A DNA stretch of 64,000 bases from the NCBI GenBank assembly GCA_963750165.1, contig CAVVPN010000012.1, forward strand, positions 512,001 through 576,000, in the 5' to 3' direction. Source of the stretch: an uncultured Gemmataceae bacterium. Its GTDB lineage: Bacteria; Planctomycetota; Planctomycetia; Gemmatales; Gemmataceae. Under the pieces are notes generated by a model. The model saw only the letters and a program-made list of their open reading frames with translations, did not search any database and was not told the origin of the DNA. Made by a program: the position numbers and the translations under genes. This document shows, one piece after another, positions 50,101 through 59,100 of this stretch (within the stretch, counting starts at the first letter, position 1; the number at the start of each line of letters is the position of its first letter).

Positions 50101-53100
50101 CCGGGCACGGGACGGTGGGCAGAACGCTATACCAGTTCGCGGAATCCGCCGCGTCGCCCTGGAAGCCGTTGTTGGTCGCATCGGACGCGACAAAGCCCGT
50201 CACGACGCCACCGCTCGTCGTCACCGTACCGAGCAGCGGAGCGCCACCCGCCGCCGTCACCCCGCCCAGGGCCACCACGGTCGCGCCGTTGGTGTAACCC
50301 GATCCGCCCGCGGCGATCGTGTTGGGGTCGATCGCGCTGGTCCATTCATTCCAGCTGTCGAAGGACGAGCCGGTGGCCGTCACCGTGGCGTTCTGCGACA
50401 AGGTGATGGAACTGGCGTTGATGGCGGTGATGACGGCGCCCGCCGGGATGCCCGGGCCGTCGACGGCGTAGCCGACGGCGTAGGGGGTGCCGGCGGGGGA
50501 GGTGTCCACCACGTTCAGGATCATGTTGCTACCGGCAGTGGTATCGCCCGTGAGGGGGGCGTACAGTTCGTGCTGCGAGGTCATTTCGTAGGCCGTCGTC
50601 ACCTCGTGGCCCAGGCCGCTGCCGTACCCGCTTGGGGCACCGTTCTGGTCCGACGTGTCGAGCGCCGTCGGCTGGGTCAAGGCCGGACTGAGCATGTTCG
50701 ACTCGATCGGCAGTTGGGCGCCCGTCGAGGTGGTGAGCGTCTGATTGAGCTGGGCGGTCATCGACTCACTGGAGACAGTCAGGGAGGCGCCGGTCAGTGT
50801 GGCCAACTGGTAAGTGCCGGCTCCCCCCGTGGTGCCCGTCAACTGCGCCGTGATCGCCGTGCCGATCGGGATGCCCGTGCCGCTAATCGTGTCGCCGACG
50901 ACGATGGGAGATCCCGTCGGGCTGGACACGGTGAGCACATTGGCCGAGATGCTGCCCGTGATCGACGTGGTCGTCTGGGCCGAAAATGTATCGGTGATCG
51001 TTGAGGATTGGCTCAAAGTGTACGTGCCGATGCCGCCGGTGGGGCCGGTGAGCTGCCCCGTGATGGTCCCTAACGAGTCGCCGCTGCTGTCGAACACCGT
51101 TTGTCCGACGGTCAGATTGAAGCCGTAAGCGTACGGGGCGTCGGTGCCGCTGACGAACGAGTCCACCGTCAGCGTCGTTCCCGAGACGGAACCCGAGAAG
51201 ATCGGGTCAAGCAAAGTCTGGTCGCCGGTTTCGACGGGGGAATAGGGTTGGTACGTGCCGGGCATGTACACTGCGACGCCGGTGATGGCGCCGCTGCCGG
51301 TGCCGCCGTTCACCTGCGTAATGATGAGTTGCGCCGGCATCACGTTCGGGTTGGCATAATTTTCAGGGTTGGGGGTGAGGCTGCCATTAATGCCGATCGA
51401 AAAGGTTCCCAGACCCTGGGCGACCGTCAGAATCTTGCCGACGTCGGCCTGGGTGTAAGGAACCGCGCCAGGCTCGGTGGCCGCGTTGCCGCCGCCGGAC
51501 ACGATCTGGACGCCGCCAATGCCGCTGGCTTGCAGATTGGCCAGGGCGGGGAGCACCAGGCTGGTTCCCGACGCGGTCGGGGCGATGCTCAGGGTGAACG
51601 TGTTGTGAACGGTATCGACCGAGGTGATGAAGGTTCCCGTCGGGCTGGTTCCAACGCCGGGGCCGCCGTTGCCATTGACATCGGCAGGGAATGTGGCGAT
51701 CCCGGTCCCCTCGACGACCTGGCCGATCGAGATGCCGTAACCCGCGATCGTGCCGGAGCTCAGCGTGACCTTGTTGCTGCCGGCCGTGTACGTGACCGGG
51801 ATCGTGGGAGCCGTGGGGGATGTGTTCTGGGTCGATTCATTGGTCGTCAGGTAGAACAGGGCGCCGGAGCCGACGGTGTTTCCGACGGCCTGGACGGCAA
51901 TCGGATCGAACGGGGCGAGGACCGGGATTTGTCCAGGACGGTCGCTGCCAGTGGCACCCCAGTGATATTGGTACAGTTGGCCGGCCGAGTTCACATAGTC
52001 ATGCATGTTGATCGAGGAGTCGGCCACCTGCACTCCGTTGACGGACTGCACCATGTCGTGTCCCGGATTGGCGCCGGTCGTTACCGGCGCCGAGCCGCCG
52101 GGATTGCCGCCGGTCAAGTTCTGGATGACGTTCGGCACGGTCATCGTGTCGGTGCGGTCGAAGACGAGGTTGCCGCTGCCGATGGTGACGACACCCGTTC
52201 CGAGGGTGCCCGTGGTGCCGCCGTTGCCGACCTGCAGGACGCCGCTGTAGACGGACGTCGGACCGGCATAGGTGTTGGCCGCCGTGAGGATCGTTGTCCC
52301 GCTGCCGCTGTTGGCCAGGCCGCCGGTCTCGGTAAATGTCAACGCGGCACCGGTTGCGACCGCCGTGGCGGCCGTGGTGAGCGTGATGCTGGTGGCGCTG
52401 GCGATCGTGGATATTTTATCCCCTGCCGGGATGCCGGCGCCGGCGACCACCATGCCCGGGGCCAGCAGTGCGGTGCTGGCGAGGCCGTTGACCGTGGTAC
52501 TGCTCGTGGGCCCCCCCGTCAACCTGAAAGTCAATGTGCTCGTTCTGGTGCTCGTGGCGGCCGTGGTGAGCGTGATGCTGGTGCCGCTGGCGATCGTGGC
52601 AATCGTATCCCCCGCCGGGATACCAGTGCCACTGACCAACATGCCCGTGGCCAGCTGTGCGGTGCTGGCGAGGCCGCTGACCGTGGTGCTATGATTCGTC
52701 AGGCTCCCGGACAACGAGATTGCGGTGTTCCCGGTCAACGAGACGGTGCCGATGCCGCTGCCGCTGAAGTCGGTCCCCTGGGTCACCGTGTTGCTGCGGT
52801 CGATGGCGAAAACGCCGGGGGTGGTGAGGATGCCGAAAGCGCCGGCGCTGTTATCGACGATCGTGCTGCTTGTGCTCAGCGATCCGGTGGTGCCGCCGTT
52901 GCCCAGCTGCAGCGTGCCGCCGCCGATCAACGTCGTGCCAGTGTACGTGTTGGCGTTCGTCAGGACCAGGGTCCCGGCGCCCAGTTTGGTGAGCCCGCCC
53001 GTGCCCTGCGTCAGCGCGTCGCTGATCGTGAAGGTGTTGTTCGGGTCGTTGATATCGAAGCCGGCCGTCGTGTTGGGGGTAATCGAATACGGGTGTGAGC

Positions 53101-56100
53101 CGATGAACCCGCCGCTAGCGGACATCAGGCTGGTACCGGTGATCTGCAGCGTGCCGCCGTTGAAGACGATCGAACTGGGGGTGCCGCTAGTGGCACCGAG
53201 GTTTGCATCCGCTCCGACGCTCAGTTCGCCGGCCGTGATCGTGTCGGCGCCGGTGTTCGCGTTGGTCCCCGAGAGGATCAAATTTGACGTGCCGTTCTCG
53301 GTAACGCCCGTCACGCCGGCGGAGAGGTTGGAGCTGATGATGGTCGTGCCGATGCCCGTACCATTGTTGGTGATGGCGCCGCTGATGTTGAGCGCGCCCG
53401 TGAAGATGAGGTTGCCGTTGCCGGCGACGTTGATCGTCAGGTTATTGTTGCCGGTCACGTTGCCGCTGAAGGTCGCGGTGGCGTCGGTCGGCCGACCGAT
53501 GACGACGGCCTGGGTGGTGCCGATGGTCAGGCCGCCCACGCCGGAGAGATTGGTATTGGTGGCCAGTTGGATGGGGTTCGAGAATTGCAGGAAGCTGGTG
53601 GAGATGAGCAAGGCGGCGGGGACGCTGCCGGTGGTATTGCCCAGCGTGACCACATTGGTGTTGGCGCCGAGTGCTCCCGAGACCTGAGCGGCATCGACGG
53701 TGCCGCCCTGGATGTTCAGGCCGCTCGTGAAGGTGTTGGGGCCGGCAAGCACGAGCGGTGAGGCGGTGAGGGACCCGGTATTTTGGTAGACGCCGGTCAC
53801 GTGCGTTGTGATGATGTTGCTGATCGTGGTGAGGCCGCTGCTGGTGCCGATGTTGGTGATCGTACCCGTATTGCTGATGTTGTTCGGGCTTTGCGGCGGC
53901 CCGGCGTGAACGTCGCTGGGGGGAGGGAAGCCGATCCAGATCGACCCGGCGGAGGAAGAGTTGTTGAGGACCAGGTTGCCCGCCCCCGTGATCGACCCAC
54001 TGGCAACGATACGGGCCGTCGAACTTGTGCCCGTGGCGGCGATGGTCAAAGCATTGCCGTTCAGGGTGATCGCGCCGCTGAAGTAGGCGTCGTCAGAGCC
54101 GCCGTCGTTGCCGAGCGTCAGCGCGCCGGCGCTCCCCACATTGATCGGGTTGGCGACCGCAAACGTGCCCGCTTCCAAGCTGGCCGAAGTCGTGGTGGCG
54201 GTGCCGAGTTGAATCGCGGTGTTCGTGTTCCCAGCCGCTCCGGTGGTGCCCGAGTTGCTGACGCCCGCGATGAAGGTGCCGGCCTGGATGGTCAGGCCGC
54301 CGGTGAACGAGTTCGCGCCCGAGAGGGTCAGCTTGCCAGTCCCCAGTTTCTCCACGGCCAAACTTCCACCATTGCTGGGGTCGGCAATCACCGAGGCATA
54401 GGTGGCCGTGTTCGTGCCCGTCACGTCCAGGCCAAGGGTCGCTGTGCCGGCGCCATCGCTGAACGTCGCATGACTGAGGAGAGTGTCAACGTCGGCGGAG
54501 GTAAATTGCCCGGTGCCGCCGAATTGAACGGCCAGGGTGGCGCCATCGTTGACGGTGATTCTGCCTGAACCTGAAGTGTTGTATCCGGGCAGTGAAGCTG
54601 TCCTGGTCGCTTCCAGTGTGCCGTTTATCACATTGGTTGGACCGGTGTAGGTGTTGGTCCCGGTCAGGATCGTGGTGCCGGTGCCCAACTGAATCACGGA
54701 CCCCGGAGTGCCGCCGAAGACCTGAGGACCGAAGTTCACGGTGGCCCCGGCGGCGAATTCCGCGACGCCGCCGTTGACGCCCGCCCCGTTATACGTGTAG
54801 GGGCCGACGATGGTGGTGGCCGGGGTGTAACCCAGCGGGAAGAGGTTGAACGTGTCCGAACTGAGGGGGAAATCACCCGTCGATGACACGGGCGTGTTGA
54901 TGAGGTTGTACGTGAAGCTCGAACCGCTGGCCGAGTAGGTGTAATGGGTCACCTGCAAGATGGGCGCCACGGTCCAGGTCGCCTGGTTCCCCTGGGAGTC
55001 CGTCCAGGAAGAAGTGCTGCTCACGACGAGGACGTCGCCGACGGCGTACCCGCCGCCATTGACGACGGCCGCGTCAGGCGAAAGGGCGCTGCTCGCATTG
55101 TCCGGCACGGAGGTTTGCAGCGCCTGCCAGGACAGGATGGCCCCGCTGCCGCCCGACCCGTCCACCGGGGCGACGTAGAACAGCGTGGCCGGGTTCCATT
55201 TCGTGTAGCTGCCCGCGGTCTGGACGTTGACGGCCAGGATCGCGCCCGAGCCATCGACCGCGGTCACGGTGAGGGTGGCCGCCGTTCCGACCGGGGTGAT
55301 CCCGGCCGGCGCGCTCAAGGTCAACACGTCGCCGAGGGCGTAGCCGCTGCCGCCGTGTCCGCTCACGACCGTGGCGATGCCGATGCCGGTCGGCACGCTT
55401 TGGCTATTGGTAAGGACATCGTTCATGGTCAGATTGAACAGAGGGTTGCCGGTTCCGCTGCCGCCGGTGACGGGGCACGGCACGGTGGGCAGGACGCTAT
55501 ACCAGTTGGCGGCATCCGAGGCGTCGCCCTGGAAGCCGTTGTTGAGCGCATTGGACGCGGTAAAGCCCGTAACCACGCCACCGGTGGTCGTCACCGTACC
55601 GAGCAGCGGAGTGCCGGCCGCCGCCGTCACGCCGCCCAGGGCCACCACGGTCGCGCCGTTGGTGTAACCCGAGCCGCCCACGGCGATCGTGTTGGGGTCA
55701 ATCGCGCTCGTCCATTCATTCCAACTGTCGAAGGACGAGCCGGTGGCCGTAACCGTGGCGGCTTGCGACAGGGTGATCGAACTGCCACTGACGGCCGTGA
55801 TGACGGCGCCCGCCGGGATGCCCGGGCCATCGACGGCGAAGCCGACCGCGAAGGGGGTCATCGCGACGGAGGTGTCCACCGCGTTATTGATGACTTTGCT
55901 ACCGGCAGTGGTATCGCCCGTGAAGGGGGCGTAATACTCGTGGGCCGACGTCATTTCGTAGGCCGTCGTCACTTCATGACCGAGTGCGCTTCCGTAACCG
56001 TCCGGGCCGCCGCTCTGGTCCGAATTATCGACCGCCGTGGGCTGGGTCAGCGCCGGACTGATCATGTTCGACTCGATCGGAAGCTGAGCGCCCGTCGAGG

Positions 56101-59100
56101 TGGTCAGCGTCTGATTGAACTGAGCGGTCATCGACTCGTCCGCGACCGTCAGTGGCGAAACACCGGCCAGCGTGGCCAACTGATAAGTGCCGGCCCCACC
56201 CGGGGTGCCCGATAGCTGAGCCGTGATGGCCGTGCCGACCGTGACGCCCGGAGCGTAGAACACGTCGCCGACGACGAGAGGAGATCCTGCCAGCGATCCG
56301 GCGTCCACGGTGAGCACGTTTGCCGAGATGCTGCCCTTGAAGCCCGTAATCGTCTGGGCGTAAAGCTGTTGGTCGGGGATCGAATAGTTCATCGTCTCGC
56401 TGGCGATGGTTAGGGTCGCACTGATGGGGAAGCTGAAGGTGCCGTCGCCGTTGTCGGTTCCCGAATCGGTGATGGTGGTTCCAGCAGGGATCCCCGTACC
56501 CGTGATCGTGTCGCCAGGCGCAAGGTTGTTCGCATCCGCGGCGGAAACGGTGAGCGTGTTGCCGCTGATCGAACCGGTGAACGACGGCAACGCCGTGCTC
56601 AAGGTGTACGTACCGGTGCCGTCAGGGTTGACGCTATTCAGTGCCGTGATGGTCGCGTATGCGGGGATGTCCGTCCCAGGCAGGCCGACAATGCCGTTCG
56701 TATTGGTTTGCACCACCTGTCCGACGGCGAGAGGTCTGGCGGCGGCAGACACCGCGTCGGTGCCGGTGATGAACGAACTCACCGTGAGCGTGTTGCCCGA
56801 GACGGAACCGGTGAAGACCTGGGCGGCGTAGGTCTGGTCGCCGGGAAGCACCGGCGAGTAGGCCTGGTACGTGCCGGGCGAGAGCAGTTCGACGCCGGTG
56901 ATCTGACCGTTTGCCACCGACGTAATCATGAGCTGCGCCGGCGTCACGTTGGGGTTGGCGTAGTTCTCGGAGTTGGGGGTGAGGCTGCCGGCAGGGGTGA
57001 GGCCGTCGTCGTCGTAAGGATTGGTGCCAATCGAGAAGGTCCCCTGGCCCTGGGCGACCGTCAGGATCTTGCCGACATCGGCCGAGGTGTAATTAACCGC
57101 GCCGGGCGCACCGGACGCGCTGCCGCCGCCGGACACGATCTGCACACCGCCGATGCCGTTGGCCTGCAAGTTGGCCAGGGCGGGCAGTAACAGGCTCGTT
57201 CCCGACGCGCTCGGGGCGATGTTCAGGGTGAACGTATTGTGAACGGTATCGACCGAGGTGATGAAGGTTCCCGTCGGATTGGCTCCAGCGCCGGGGCCGC
57301 CGCCGCCGTTGGCGTCCGCGGGGACCGTCAAGATGCCAGCCCCTTCGACGACCTGGCCGATGGAGATGCCGTAACCCGCTATCGTGCCCGAGGTAAGGGT
57401 GACCGTGTTGCTGCCGGCCGTGTAACTGACCGGGAGCGTGGCGGCCGTGGGGGACGTGAACTGGGTCGATTCGTTCGTGGTCAGGTAGAACAGGGCACCG
57501 GAGCCAACGGTGTTGCCGACGGCCTGGACGGCAATCGGATTGAACGGGGCGATAACCGGAATTTGTCCCGGACGGTCGCTGCCCGTGGCGCCCCAGTGGT
57601 AGGCGTAGACCTGGCCGTTGGCGTCCGCCACGTCATGCATGTTGATCGCCGTGTCGGCCACCTGCTTTCCGGTGGTGGGGTCGGTCTGCACCATGTCATG
57701 GCCGGGATTGGCCACGGTCGTCGCCGGCGCCGAGCCGCCGGCCGTGGCGCCGGTCACATTCTGGATGACGTTCGACACAGTCAGTAGGTCGGAGCGGTCG
57801 AAGACCAGATTGCCGTTGCCCATGTTGACGACACCCGTTCCGAAGCTGCCGCTGGTTCCGCCGTTGCCCACCTGCAGGACGCCGTTGTAGACGGACGTCG
57901 GTCCGGAATAGGTGTTGTTCGCCGTGAGGATCGTCGTGCCGCTGCCGCTGTTCGCCAGGCCGCCGGTCTCGGTGAACGTCAACGAGACCCCCGTTCCGTC
58001 CGCCGTGGCGGGCGCGAGGAGCTCGAAGGAGGTGGCGTCATCGATCGAGGCGATCACGTCCCCGTCCGGGATGCCGGGACCGGAGACCGGCATGCCCGTG
58101 GCCAGCAGTGTGGTATCGACGTTGCTGACCGTGGTGCTGCCGTTCGCGGTGTCGCCCGCCAACGAGAGGGTGCCGAAGCCGCTGCTGCTGAAATCGGTCC
58201 CCTGGGTGACCGTGTTGCTGCGGTTGATGACGAACGTGCTGGGGATGGTGAGATTGGGGGTGCCGCCGTTGAAGTCGTAAACGTAGGTGCTGTTATCGAC
58301 GATGGTGCTGCTCGGGCTGAGCGATCCGGTGGTGCCGTCGTTGCCGAGCTGCAACACGCCGGCGTTGATCAGCGTGGGGCGCGTGTACGTGTTGGCGTTC
58401 GTCAGAACCAGGGTCCCTTCGCCAAGCTTCTCGAGTCCAACATTGCCCGTCAATGCATCGCTGATGGTAAAGGTGTTGGTCGAGTCGTTGATATCGAAGC
58501 CGGCCGTCGCGCCCGAATTGATCGAGTACGGGTGCGAGCCGATGTTCCCACCGCTTGCGGAAGTCACGTTGGCGCCGGTGATTTGCAGGGCGCCGCCGCC
58601 GAAGACGATCGAGCTGGGAGTGCCGGTGGTGCTGCCGAGGTTCGCGTCCGTTCCGACGCTCAGTTCGCCGGCCGTGATGGTGTCGGCGCCGGTGTTCGCG
58701 TTGGTCCCGGAGAGGACCAGGTTCGACGTGCCGTTCTCGGTGATGCCCGTCACGGTGGCGGGGAGGTTGGAGCTGATGATGGCCTCGCCACCGCCCGTAC
58801 CGTCGTTGGCGATCGTACCGCTGATATTCAGCGGACCCGAGAAGATGACGTTGCCGTTGCCGCCGACGGCGATCGTGAGGTCGTTGCTGCCGCTTACGGT
58901 GCCAGTGAAAGTCGCGGTGGCGTCTGTCGGCCGACCAATTGCGACGTCCTGGGTGCTGCCGATGGTCAGACCGCCGACGCCGGAGAGATTGGCATTGCTG
59001 GCCAGATGGATATTGTTCGTGACGGTCAAGAAACTAGTGGAGATCAACAGGGCGGCGGGTACATTGCCCGTGGTACTCCCCAGTGTGATCGTTCCGGTGC

